Shown piece by piece: positions 12,205 through 24,377 of a DNA stretch of 64,000 nucleotides; within the stretch, counting starts at the first letter, position 1; the number at the start of each line of letters is the position of its first letter. The stretch covers positions 169,508,001 to 169,572,000 of the forward strand of contig NC_042997.1 in NCBI RefSeq assembly GCF_006345805.1, given 5' to 3'. A model generated the notes under the pieces. The model saw only the letters and a list, made by a program, of their open reading frames with translations, was not told the DNA's origin and searched no databases. The position numbers were made by a program, and so were the translations under genes. Source of the stretch: Octopus sinensis. Its lineage: Eukaryota.

Positions 12205-12753
12205 TACTCTTTACTCTTTTACTTGTTTCAGTCATTTAATCTGAATCGAGCACCTTGACCCCGGGACTTATTCTTTGTAAGCCCAGTACTTATTCTATCG
12301 GTCTGTTTTGCCGAACCGCTAAGTGACGGGGGCATAAACACACCAGCATCGGTTGTCAAGCAATGCTAGGGGGACAAACACAGACACGCACCCTCTCTCT
12401 CTTTCGGAGAGGCACTGAGCAGCTATATGCACACATACACACACGGCAGTAACTTCCACCTACCGAATTCAATCACAAAGCTCCGGTCGGCTCGGGGCTA
12501 TAGTGAAAGACACCTACCCAAAGTGCCACGCAGTGGGACTGAACCCCAAACCATGTAGCTAGGCAGCAAGCTCCCTAACCACACAGCCATGCCCGACAAC
12601 GGGCTTCTTTCAGTTTCCGTCTACCAAATCCACTCACAAGGCTTTGGTTGGCCTGAGGCTATAGTAGAAGACACTTGCCCAAGGTGCCACGCAGTGGGAC
12701 TGAACCCAGAACCATGTGGTTGGTAAACAAGCTACTTACCACACAGCCACTCC
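12205..12753 (-). mobile_element. Same SINE family with a second head nested inside
   Basis: Reverse complement of the 11540 family; two heads (~12445-12595 and ~12600-12753). Confidence 0.85.
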
Positions 12754-13019
12754 TTAAATATATTAATATTTTCAAGTAAATTCAAAATATTTGAATTCAT
12801 TTTATAAACTTATTGTATTTGTTAATTCACACATATCCATCAGTATCTTGATTAGGAAAAAAAATTGTAAACTGAAATGATTTATGATGTTATTTGTCTT
12901 ATTTCCAAAAGTAAATAGTTATTTTGGGTTTTTGAAAAAAAAATTTTAGCATTTATAAAGTCTTAATTTGAATGCATTCAATAAAGCTTATATTTAATTT
13001 GATCGATTTTCCTTTATAG

Positions 13020-13459
13020 TTTATCAGTTCGGAATGAACATCATATGAACAAGAACAACACAGATGCAACCTCTGCATTTGCTGAACAGGAAAACAGCAA
13101 CACAGATTCTATTAACAGGCTCTCATCTCTTAATGCAAACATTTTATCATCTGCCTTCAAGTCGGAGAGAAACAGCCAATCATTCCTTAATGAATTACCA
13201 GATTTATCAAGCACTATTGATAGTGACTTCACAAGTTCTATCTCTAGCACTTATTCTTCACCATTTGGAACTCCTGACAACTCTACTAACAACTTAACAG
13301 GATTTGATTTTGGTGCTCACTTCAATGAAGTTTATAAAGATCATATATCAAATGTGAAAGAAGATCATGGTTGTCAAAATAAAAGAAATCATTTAGAAAT
13401 TGATGATTTGGATTTATTTACTTTTGATGACCTTGACAGTAGAAGTTCTACAAGCACAG
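13020..13459 (+). CDS. SCAP: SCAP exon (Ser-rich insert in WD40 region)
   Basis: ttatag|...acag|gttgt; open frame contains ORF 13045; phases fit both neighbouring exons. Confidence 0.86.
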
Positions 13460-14296
13460 GTTGTCGTTTTTTTTGGTTTTTCTTTGTTGTTGTCATGTGT
13501 TTATGTTATATCTTAAGATAGGTGATTTAGAGAATTTTTCATCATATCTAACTATTTGACATTTTTTATATTTGTTTTAGTAAACATCATCATCACCTCC
13601 ACCACCATCATTAGTAAGACAGCAAGCTGGCAGAATTGTCAACAGCATTTTCTCTGTCTTCATGTTCTCAGTTCAAATTCCTCTGAGGTCAACCTCCTTT
13701 TGAGGTTGATAAAATAAGTACCATTCAGGCCCTGGGGTTGATACATTCGACTAGTCCCCTTTCTCCACATTTCAGGCCTTGTGCCTATTGTAGAAAGAAT
13801 TATTATTATTGAGTGAGAGAGAGCAGTGGATGCCATCAAAGTGACACTGGGGTGAAATATACAAATCCCAGTATACCCATCATGACTATCCGTCTGATAT
13901 GGGTACACCTGGCACATGCATCACAACCATGTGTGTGCAACATGGTGATCTCATATCAAGATAAACAGCACATGACCTTGCAGGTGGGGCCCAATTAGAA
14001 TTTTCTTCTGGTCGAGTAACCCATCCTGCTCAAAAGGTCCCTGAATAAGGGTTATTTATTAGAAAATCAGTCAAAATACTTAGTGGTGTTCATTACAGTT
14101 CTTCACAGTCTGAGTTCAAATTCTCATAGTTTAGCGTTTTGTGTTTCATCCTTCTGGGATCAATGAAATAATATACCAGAATTGATGGTATCAACTATCC
14201 TCTCCCTTCAAAATTGGTGGTATGCCTAAATTAGAAACAATTAATATTTATATATTTTCATTGTATTGTATATTTGTTTTCTTTTATGTTCTTCAG

Positions 14297-14406
14297 AAAC
14301 AGTTGGGGCTGTTGAAAGAGATATTAATTATGAAATGTCTTCAATCTGGTGTCTGTGTTTTAAAGATGGTCTTATTGTAACTGGTTGTGGCAATGGCCGG
14401 ATTGAG
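14297..14406 (+). CDS. SCAP: SCAP exon (WD40)
   Basis: ttcag|ETVGAVERDINYEMSSIWCLCFKDGLIVTGCGNGRIE|gtatgt. Confidence 0.92.
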
Positions 14407-14937
14407 GTATGTAATTTTAAATTTTTTTATCATTCTTCTTTTGGTGTTTTTTTTGTTTTGTTTTAATGTTAGAATAATGTCATGTCTATTCACTGAACTA
14501 TACACTAATTTATATTTTGATGTGTAGATTTTTTGACTGTGGTGGAATGGTTGAATTGGTAGAGTGCTGAGCAAAATGCTGTATAGTATGTGGTTACATC
14601 TCTTTATGTTGTGTGTTTGAATCCTATCAAAGCCATCTTTTCTTTTCGGCCTTGAAAAGTCAATAAAATTAAAGTACCTCTCAAATATTAAATATTCCTG
14701 TAAAGCATCATAGAGGTGAATGAAATTATAATCTAAGACTAAGACAGTTTCCCTTGCCTAAAGTCTGTAGTTTTATATCTGTTATAGATAGAAAAATATA
14801 GAATTTATCATTTAAACATATACTTTTAAAAAATCAAGTTATTTATGTACTCTAATTGAATTTTTTCCTTTAGTTAAAAATATATATATTTTTTTTTTGT
14901 CTTGAAAATAAATTTCATTTTGTTTGAATGTTATCAG

Positions 14938-15023
14938 CTCTGGAATGCCAGCAATGGGAGTTTAAAATGCATATATAATAACCACAAAATTAGTGTCACA
15001 GCTCTTTGTTTAGAAAGAAACAA
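14938..15023 (+). CDS. SCAP: SCAP exon (WD40)
   Basis: atcag|LWNASNGSLKCIYNNHKISVTALCLERN|gtaagt. Confidence 0.9.
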
Positions 15024-15852
15024 GTAAGTTTTATATTTTTGTCTTGCTTTTTTTTTTTTCATTCTTTTTTGTGAAAAACTAATATAATGATTTATAATGT
15101 ATGATATGAGAGATATAATATTTACCATCACAATATCACACAAACACCTGTGTCAGACAGAATTTGTTGAAGTAGATTTGCTATGTCCAAATGCCCTTTC
15201 TGTCACCAATCCTCACCTGTTTCCAGGTAAGGTACTATTTCTCCATGACCAGACATGTTTCCACAGAAGATTGGAAACGGATGCCATTTGTACAATAGTG
15301 ATACAATATGATGGGCTTCTTTCAGTTTCCATTTACAAAATCCACTCACAAGACTATAGTCAGTTCTGAGCTGCATAATATGTATATAATACTATATGAT
15401 GTGATATAAAAGTTAATATAGAAAACTGTAAACTTAAATTTGAAACTCCAATCATTACAAGATAGCTACCCTCGTCTTGTGAAGGTAAATTTCCTCTTTA
15501 TCAAATCTAACTATGAACATTTACTTGTTTTCTCCAGTTTCCTATACAGATTATTTTTAAAATAAAAAAAATATCTGTAATTCAGCTGTTCTATTACATG
15601 TCAGTTTCTACTGTCTATGATCAAAAGCTTTTCAGCCTTGGCCATCCTGTCTTATATTTTTTCAGTTGTAGGTCAGCCCTGACCAAGCTGATCTCTAACC
15701 CAAAGTATTTCAGCCATGACCATTCCATTCTTCCCTTGTGTTATTACATATGTGGGACTGCATTATCTAATGTATTCTCTTCTCAAGACATTAAGATGTA
15801 ACTTCAGGATGAATCAGCTATTTCTTCTAGTACATCAAGCAACCATCTAGAA

Positions 15853-16031
15853 CAGCAGTTCTCAATGGTCGTCCTTATGCATCCTTCCACTGGCCTTTGA
15901 CAGCCTTCCCTCTATAGATATAACTTTTTCATTAATTGACTTGTGTTTTACTTTTTTTGGTGTGCCTCCCGCCCACTATCAAATCATGGTTTTGGATCTG
16001 GTTCAGATATTAAAATGGTTGAGAACCAGTG
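15853..16031. mobile_element. hAT-like MITE
   Basis: TIR cagcagttctcaa / ttgagaaccagtg; degenerate 8-bp TSD atctagaa/atcttgag. Confidence 0.6.
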
Positions 16032-16309
16032 ATCTTGAGGCTCTAGTGTTGGCTTGCAATTATTTTTTATGTGCTATTGTGATAAGATATTGGAATGATT
16101 GTCGAATTAAGATGCTTAAATTAATCACTGGGATAAGGCAGTGCCAGTAGCCTTTGTCAGTACTCTTTTACAGGTGAGACTGATGGGATCAGTGCCAAGC
16201 TGAATATCTGTAATTTAAAGCCTGGAAGGGAAAAAAAAAACAACCTTCAATTTTGTCTGAATGTTTAATACGGTGAACTCTAATAAAGGACTGCATGGTT
16301 GTGTTATAC

Positions 16310-16625
16310 TGGCATTCCATTAGTTATGATGATGAGGGTTCCAGTTGATCCGAACAGAGGAACAACCTGCTCATGAAATTAATGTGCAAGTGGCTGAGCA
16401 CTCTACAGACATATATACCCTTAACGTAGTTCTCAGGGAGATTTTCGTTGTGACACAGAATGTGACAAGGTTGAACTTTTGAAATACAAGTACTACCCAT
16501 ATTTGCCAGCTGAGTGGACTAGAGTAACATGAAATAAAATATTTTGCTCAAGGACAGAATGCACTGTCAGGAATCAAACTCATAACCTTATAATCATGAG
16601 CCTACCCTAAGCACTAAACCATTGC
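16310..16625 (-). mobile_element. tRNA-derived SINE (third family)
   Basis: Reverse-complement homolog of 63765-64000; tRNA-like head followed by gtccttgagcaa core. Confidence 0.78.
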
Positions 16626-16687
16626 AGTTTCAAATACAAAATATACATGGTGGGCAAACATATCTAACTTTACAAATGGATTTGGAG

Positions 16688-16794
16688 GCTTGTTGCTGCC
16701 AGATTAGATGGTAGTATGGATTTTTTGGAACTAGAAACTTTTCAGAATCTTGGAAACATATCTTCTAACTCAACACCTGGACTTCATACACGCG
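16688..16794 (+). CDS. SCAP: SCAP exon (WD40), atypical GAG acceptor
   Basis: LVAARLDGSMDFLELETF matches human IVAARLNGSLDFFSLETH; donor gtaatt; acceptor ttggag inferred from phase. Confidence 0.85.
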
Positions 16795-17328
16795 GTAATT
16801 AAAATACCTGAACATTTTGTTACATTTACATTTTATTATCAGATTTTATTCTTACCTAACAATATTAGTGATAAATGAAAACCTGCAGAGACTGGAGATA
16901 AAATTTAGTGTGGATAGACAGTTTAGCTGGTTTGGAAAACAGCATGAGAAAGATGAGAATGTGGTTAAGCATAATGGTATTAACTGATATGTGTAGGTGG
17001 GATGTCTGCCCTAAGGTGAAGATAATAGAACTAATTGCACACTTAGGGTGAAAACATCTTGCAAACTAACAAGGGATCTTAGATATGGCTGTGGAAGACT
17101 AAAGTAGGCATAAGAATTGGTGTGTGTTAGAACCTGAGGATGTTAAGTGTACCAAATAGATGACACAAGACTAAGAAAAATAGGAACATACCACACTGCA
17201 GACACATCCTGCTGATAACTTAATGAAAGGAAAAAGGGGGATATATTCAAACATATACCATATCAGAAATACAAGAATATCTTTACTAGAAATGTAATAA
17301 ATAGTAGTTATATTATCCTTATTTTTAG

Positions 17329-17510
17329 GTCCCGTACGCCATCCGTCCAGTTCAGCTTCAAATAAAAACAGTACAGGCACAGTTGGATGTTGGGAAGAAT
17401 CAGTCTCCTGTGCTTTATTGCAGCGTATTCAAGCCCACCAAAAGCCAATTACTGCCTTACAATCAGAAGCTGGACGTGTAGTGTCTGCCAGTGATGATCG
17501 CACACTCAAG
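17329..17510 (+). CDS. SCAP: SCAP exon (WD40)
   Basis: tttag|GPVRHP...IQAHQKPITALQSEAGRVVSASDDRTLK|gtcagt. Confidence 0.94.
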
Positions 17511-17681
17511 GTCAGTTCTTTGTAATGTTAACATGTGTTTTATATTGTCTGTATCAGATTTTAGAATTATATCTTCTGGCATAAAAAAATAAAAGCAGAT
17601 AATTTTATTGTAATATTTTTATTGCAAACCTACATAATATATTGTCATAGCTATTTGTAATGTAGTTGTATATCATATTGT

Positions 17682-18121
17682 TTATGTCATATGTAAACAA
17701 ACATAAGTTTGTTTTTTTGAAGCATTGAAATGTATTGTAGAACAAGTAGAAAAATATTTTTCAACATGTAAATACTGAACAGTATATATAAAAGGTAAAA
17801 TCCTTTTAAGAGCAGAAAAATTTGCCGGCAACCAGCCATGAGGATTGAACTTACACCCCTCCAATATCCAGTTGGTGTGCTGTACCCTTTAAGCTAAACT
17901 GCCAACCGGCAAATTCTTCCGCAATTTTAGAAGGTATAAAGTCATCCAGAAATGCTAGATGTCATATAGATTACATCATATGTAAACAAACATAATTTTT
18001 TTGAAGCATTAAAATGTATTGTAGAACAAGGAGAAGGATATATTTTTTCAACATGTAAATATTGAACTGTATATATAAAGGATAAAATCCTTTTAAGAGC
18101 AAAAAATTGCTAGCAACCAGC
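17682..18121. repeat. ~290-bp tandem unit, ~1.5 copies, containing a tRNA-like fold
   Basis: 17682-17836 repeated at 17971-18121; second unit cut by an RTE fragment. Confidence 0.85.
17830..17903 (-). pseudogene. tRNA-like cloverleaf (nominal anticodon GGA), probably non-functional
   Basis: GGCAGTT TA GCT..AGC, CCAA-CTGGATA-TTGG, GTTCAATC T-loop; mismatched acceptor and T stems. Confidence 0.55.
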
Positions 18122-18708
18122 AAAGGAACCTGTGGAAGAGGTAAACCCTGGAGGACATGGGATGGAGACCGAGACCTTTGGAGATATGCTGTGATTGAAA
18201 AGACCTGGCAACTAAAGTGAGATTGCAACCATGCATATCCAGCCTAGTTAAGAGTACTCCTGATGTGTCAGGCGATATATGCTTGAGAAGACCTGTTGAG
18301 TCAAGTAAAACCAATATTGTAGCTGTGTCCAGTACCCCATGACTGGCTCCTGTGCCAGTGGCATGTATAAAGCACCATCCGAATATGGTTGATGCTAGGT
18401 CCGCCTGACTGGCCCATGTGTCAGTGGCACATAAAAAGCATCATTCGCACGTGGCCGATGCCAGTACCCCCTGACTGGCCCCCATACACGTAAAAAGCAC
18501 TATCTGAATGTAATCGATGCCAGGCCCACCTGACTAGCTCCTGTGTTGGTAACATGTAAAAAGCACTCACTACACTCTCAGAGTGGTTGGCAATAGGATA
18601 GGCATCCAGCTCTAAAAACATTGCTAGATCAGATTGGCTCTCCAGACCTCAGTCAAACAATCCAACCCTTGCCAGCATGGAAAACAGACGTTAAATGATG
18701 ATGATGAT
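18121..18708 (+). mobile_element. RTE 3' fragment
   Basis: ggaacctgtggaagaggtaaaccc (GTCGRG-P) followed by 3' UTR subunits and (GAT)n tail. Confidence 0.85.
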
Positions 18709-18852
18709 ATGATTGTTCAGTAGTATTTTCATAAATGTGTAAAATACATTGTTATTGTAACTGGATATTCTGTGTATTAAATTTCAATGAAAGACTGTCT
18801 GACAGTGATTTCGAAAGCAATAGTAATAAATGTATTATTGTTTTTATTGTAG

Positions 18853-18933
18853 GTATTCTGTCTAGAGGACTGCATATGTATGTATACATTATATGGTCAT
18901 CATGGTAGTATTACAGCTCTTTACTTAGATAAG
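18853..18933 (+). CDS. SCAP: SCAP exon (WD40)
   Basis: tgtag|VFCLEDCICMYTLYGHHGSITALYLDK|gtaagt. Confidence 0.94.
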
Positions 18934-19417
18934 GTAAGTGAAATGTGTTTCTTATCATTTCTATTCAGTAACTGACATAGTTCCAATAATCTATAAATAT
19001 ATTTTCACATTAAGGTGGCAAGCCGGCAGAATCATTATCTCACCAGACAAAATGCTTAGTGGCATTTTGTCTGTCTTTATGTTCTAAGTTCAAATTCTGC
19101 CAAGGTTGACTTTGCCTTTCATCCTTTTGGGGGTCACTGAAATAAGTACCAGTTGTGTACTGGGGTCAGTATAATCAACTAGCCCTCCTACCAAAATTTC
19201 AGGTTTGTGCCTATTATAGAAAGGATTATTTTTATTGTGAGTAGGAAGTATTATTTATCATCTCTATCACCACTAGCAATTCTGACGTTTTCCAATTTTA
19301 ACAAAATGCAACATTTACTAATTTTTGTCACTCTTTAAGCTTTATTCACAATCAAGTTTGATTTGGTTTACAAACTTCAAAAATTTTGAATTTTCTTTTT
19401 TTTTTTCGCTTTTGCAG

Positions 19418-19630
19418 GGACCTCCATTTTCTGCTGCAAGTGCTTCCACTGATGGTACGGTTCGGTTATGGGACTTGCTGACTGGTTTCTGTATCCATAA
19501 ACTGTGTTCTTACGAACAACCTATCACTGCTTTGACATGTTCCCTTCAGTATGTGATCAGCCAAGATCAGGATTACCATCTCTGTGTATGGGACCGCATT
19601 AGAGGTCAACTCTTGTATAACTTACAACTG
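19418..19630 (+). CDS. SCAP: SCAP exon (WD40)
   Basis: tgcag|GPPFSAASASTDGTVRLWDLLTG...LCVWDRIRGQLLYNLQL|gtaggt. Confidence 0.94.
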
Positions 19631-19894
19631 GTAGGTAATATAAGTCATTTAACATTTTAAACTAATTTTCATCATTGATACACTGAAGCAGCATTTTTCA
19701 ACCGGAGTTTCCCACAACCCTAGGGTTCTGCAAGAGGTTCCTAGGGTCCCCACGAGAAAGAGTGAGATAAGTTAATGCTAATTTCATGATCATAATATTA
19801 CTATACATGCACAACATAAAATTGCTTATTGTAATATTGATATCATCTTGTCTAATAACTTATGTTACCAAAAGAAATGTAGCAACCATTGGGG

Positions 19895-19937
<43 letters not shown>

Positions 19938-20342
19938 AGAGTTTATGAAAAAAACAAAAGATGAAGACAGGTGGTGTACAAAACAAACAGATGTATTAGT
20001 ATAACACTCAGGAATAATATATATATATGATTGAATTATTTTTCTCCTGTTTGTACATATAGATGTGTGTGTCAGTGTGTAGTTACATAATTTTCAGTTT
20101 GATTGGTCTGTCACCATTACACTTATGTTTATTTATGCTAATGCGGATGCATATTCTGGAATAGGGGCCTTATTACCAAATATAACATACATGAAACTAG
20201 TTTTATAGGACAAGACAGTACCAGATTAACTGTTCTGAGATTAGTCTCAAACAAGATAAAAATAATGGATGAGAAGTAACAGTAGGAGAGAGAGAGAGCA
20301 CATAAAAGATATCTCACAAAATAATATGTCAATTATTTGCAG

Positions 20343-20408
20343 GAGCCTGGTTTATATAGTCAACAAATGGCATTACTCACTGATAAACTTCTACTGCTTG
20401 GAGGACAG
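20343..20408 (+). CDS. SCAP: SCAP penultimate exon
   Basis: tgcag|EPGLYSQQMALLTDKLLLLGGQ|gttaag; human equivalent ...ISDNLLVTGGQ. Confidence 0.88.
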
Positions 20409-20418
20409 GTTAAGTATT

Positions 20419-20504
20419 AAGTCATTGACCACACTGTTGTATGTGATTATGGCAATGAACTTCGTGTTATCAACTTTCCTACAATTCTTGAAAAAAACGA
20501 CTGA
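20419..20504 (+). CDS. SCAP: Displaced 3' half of SCAP last exon with the conserved stop
   Basis: DHTVVCDYGNELRVINFPTILEKND* (human ends VLEKLD*); no acceptor of its own; followed by AT-rich UTR-like sequence with AATAAA near 20732 and 20747. Confidence 0.85.
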
Positions 20505-21360
20505 TCACTGTCTAACTTAATTTTGGAAACAGAGTGACTTTTTGCCTAGCAACAAATTACAGACAGAAAATTGTCGGTTATCATTTTATCATATATCAAA
20601 ACATTTGTTGGCTCATTCATTTTTTTACAAGACATTGAAATGCTTTAAATTTTTGAAGATAAAAAAAAATAATTTTCTATTTTTTGTCAAATATTTCTCA
20701 CTATAGTGACTATTTAAAGAAAAAAAAAATCAATAAAGATTAAAAAAATAAAATTGTTTCAAACTTTTGTAATTTCTTGTAATTTATTTTTATTGTTATA
20801 TTCTGTCAATTATTCTTGTTGAATTTGTTTATATTTTTGTAAATTGAAGCAAGTCATTGCTGATGTACTATACATATTATTGATATATTGGTAAACATCA
20901 GAATATAAACAATAATTTCATTTACTATTGTTGTTGATTTATCTACTAGAACATAAACATGATAGTGTTTTCATATAAATTTTCCAAGTGTTAAACACAA
21001 AGAGTTTAGTGGAATCACATGCAGACTAATAGAGAAAGCAAGCTTCTTATATAAAAGATGAACTGGAGTGATATGTACTATGAACACACTTGAACTAGAT
21101 TCTTTGACATGCCCCAATGGTTCACAAGAAGTTGCTGGTAGCTTTTTTTTACCTAGGAGACATAATTAATAAGTGAGATGGCTACTCTGAAAATATAGTA
21201 ACCAAGGTAAGAATGGGTTGAAAAAAATTCAGAGAGCTACTGTTGTTGCCAATCATGAAGATCTTTTCCCTCAGACTGAAGGGCAGATTGAATGACTTTT
21301 GTATTAGAACAATGTTGTTGCATGGTAGTGAGACATGGGCTTTGAATGCAGAGGACTTAA

Positions 21361-21569
21361 CCCTTTTGTTACTGTATTTATTTTGGGATGCTTTGTGTTT
21401 CTTTCAATTACTTTAAATATAACAAAGAATTTAGTAAAATAACTTAATTATCATGCAGCTAGTGTTAGGAACATAAATTGTGACTAAGGTTTGATGGAAG
21501 ACATTAATTCAAAACTTATGAAACAAGATATTTGTACTCAGAGCCAGAGCCAGGTTGGTAACAAAAGGG
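21361..21569. mobile_element. piggyBac-like MITE family A inside an old RTE fragment
   Basis: TTAA TSD, TIR cccttttgttac/gtaacaaaaggg; left flank encodes HGSETWAL. Confidence 0.88.
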
Positions 21570-22306
21570 TTAAGAAAACTGGAAAGAAATGAAAAAACAT
21601 GCTTCATTGGATGTGCATTGTAACTGTGCACAACTGACAAAGTACAGATGTGTTGAGAGAAAACTGGGCATGAGAGGAATGAAGCCAACATTTCCCCCCT
21701 GGTCAATGGTGGGGACTGAAGCAACGTGAAATGAAGTGTTTTGCTCAAGAACATAATGTGCCACCCACTCAGGGAATTGAACCCATGATCTAGTGATCAT
21801 GAGCATAACTTAACCACTAGGCCACACACCTTCACAGGGAAAATTATAACAAAAGAAAACATACAGAAAAGTCACATGTCCCCTATATTAATTCTATGGA
21901 TTTCTGTAGTTATAGAGGAAAAATAAATGATAAAATATTGTAGAAATGTTGTGAAAATAATATGAGAATGGATAATTGAATAAAGTGAAAGGTATATCTG
22001 ATAGTATGTCCCAGTTTTATAATGAAATGGAATTTTTAAAAAACCTATTTATGATATTAAAAGCATACAGGTTTTTTCTGTAATTCATCATAATTTAACT
22101 CCTTATATGTCAGTTGATGTTTGCTGGGGATGACATTATTATAAACAATATTCATCAAGTAACTGATTATTATGATCAATATTCATCAGGTAACTTAGTT
22201 TTACATTTCTTTGTCTTCTATCTGCATTGAGGAAGGCAAAAACACCAGCTTTACTATCTTCCCGAAAAATTTCAAGCTTGTGTGTGTTTTTTTTTTATAT
22301 ATTTGT

Positions 22307-23269
22307 TTCTCAAAATCATTCCCAACAAAGTCCATTGGGTACTTCTGGGTAAAAGTTTAGGGGAAAGCAGAGAGTGCAATAAATATCACAAATTCCATAT
22401 ACACATGCTTAAGTAAAAGATGGCTAGGAAATGATTAAATAATGGATGAAAGATTTAAATCCAATACAATAAAACTGACAAAAGAAGTAGTGGCAGTAAA
22501 ATATAATAATTGGGATGACCTTAAGAGATAAAGATGACAATAAAATAAAACGCAATACTAATGAAAGAACTGACCAAATATTAAAATAAAGGACAGTTAA
22601 CTTGAGGTAAGCTTAACCCTGAAGCTAAAAATGGTCATCAAGGTAATATTGCAAAACAATGAAGAGACTTTAATCCAGCTGTTCTTGGTGAAAAATTTGT
22701 GCATGGAACTTGCAGCATGCCTTTGAGATATCCTAGAAAAATGGATGCAATTTAATAAATTCGGTATACTTTTTATAGTGTTGTGTTCTCAAAATCATTC
22801 CCAACAAAGTCCATTGGGTCTTCTGGTAAAAGTTTAGGGGAAAGCAGAGAGTGCAATAAATATCACAAATTCCATATACACATGCTTAGTAAAAGATGGC
22901 TAGAAATGATTAATAATGGATGAAAGATTTAAATCCAATACAATAAAACTGACAAAAGAAGTAGTGGCAGTAAAATATAATAATTGGGATGACCTTAAGA
23001 GATAAGATGACAATAAAATATAAAAACGCAATACTAAAAGGTGCAGAACTGACCAAATATTATAAGGTAAGAAATGACATTAAATAGGTAAGCTTAACCC
23101 TGAAGCTAAAAATGGTCATCAAAGGTGTATTGCAATAAAAAAATTGGAAAGCACAACAATGAAGAGACTTTAATCAGCTGTTCTTGGTGAAAAATTTGTG
23201 CATGGAACTTGCAGCATGCCTTTGAGATATCCTAGAAAAATGGATGCAATTTACTAAATTCGGTATACT
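22307..23269. repeat. ~470-bp direct tandem duplication
   Basis: 22307-22770 vs 22786-23269; differences are mostly 1-bp indels. Confidence 0.92.
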
Positions 23270-23311
23270 AAAGTCTGATAGGAAGTTCAAGGACTGGTGG
23301 GACCAGGCAAT

Positions 23312-23543
23312 AAGGCGGCGAGTTGGCAGAAACGTTAGCATGCCGGGCGAAATGCTTAGCAGTATTTTGTCTGCCGCTACGTTCTGAGTTCAAATTCTGC
23401 TGAGGTCGACTTTGCCTTTCATCCTTTTGGGGTCGATTAAATAAGTACCAGTTACGCACTGGGGTCGATATAATCGACTTAATCCGTTTGTCCTTGTTTG
23501 TCCTCTCTGTGTTTAGCCCCTTGTGGGTAGTAAAGAAATAGGT
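23312..23543 (+). mobile_element. tRNA-derived SINE (Nin/Deu-like central domain)
   Basis: ggcgagttggcagaa head, gagttcaaattc B box, gcctttcatccttttggggtcga core; aataaggc flanking duplication. Confidence 0.88.
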
Positions 23544-24029
23544 AATAAGGCTCTTCTATGAAAGATGTTCAGATTAACTTCATTCCCTGATCCCACCAGT
23601 AATGAAAGACCTCATCACCAGCAGGACTATGTATTTGATTTCATACTATATCAGGTACATGTTTTGGATGGATCTGGCTCTTGTGATATAATAGAGCTTC
23701 AGGTGTTAATAACTTTTTTAATGGTATAAAGAGCTTGTTGTTCTAGCTACCACCCTGACAACAGCTGTAATGTAGGTGTGAATTTAAAACTGGTTTTGGA
23801 AGCGTTAACGTAACAAGCCATTGCACTATCCCAGTTAGATCAGAAGAAAAAAATCTGCTGCTAGGTCCACTGTGAGATGTCTTAGACATGAAACTGTAAA
23901 GTGTGGTATCATTAACAAATATTACCTGTCAAATAAATTATTGGCAAACACTGGGAAGAGAAGAATTTGCAGGTCAGCTCCTTGAAGATTTCATAAAATG
24001 TCAAGGAATGACAGCAAGCTTCAAACTTA

Positions 24030-24245
24030 AAAATAATAATAATGAAATTATTGTATACAGTGCTCAGGTGCACCACAACTTGTCAGAAAGTGCATATAAA
24101 GTACATGCAGTAATGTAAAAATGTCTGGAAAGCGAACAATGTATGAGTCAGATACATGGAGGGGAGAAAATCAGGTGTAGTTTTGGCGAATCTCAGAAAG
24201 CATGGAAGTTTTGAAGGATGCAGTGCTCCGACAACTAACAACTTC
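24030..24245 (-). mobile_element. CR1/L2-like LINE 3' end
   Basis: Minus frame ends VVSCRSTASFKTSMLSEIRQNYT*, short UTR, (ATT)n tail. Confidence 0.5.
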
Positions 24246-24377
24246 TCAAGAATGAATAGTAAACAGCAAATTAAACATTAACTTCACTAGATACAAATTT
24301 TTCTAACTGTAAAAATTAAATTGCTTTATTTTTTGATATTTGCCTTGTCAATCTATCTTTGTTATTTCTTCTTGTAG

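Noticed and set aside
16628-16687. Upstream CAG acceptor for the LVAARLDG exon
   Set aside because: In frame but contains a TAA at 16665-16667
20269-20520. 83-aa ORF as a separate gene
   Set aside because: Alternative-frame reading of the SCAP penultimate exon and displaced last-exon half
23312-23405. tRNA genes at SINE heads (also 26747, 11540, 63765)
   Set aside because: A/B boxes are present but run into SINE bodies and do not form a proper cloverleaf
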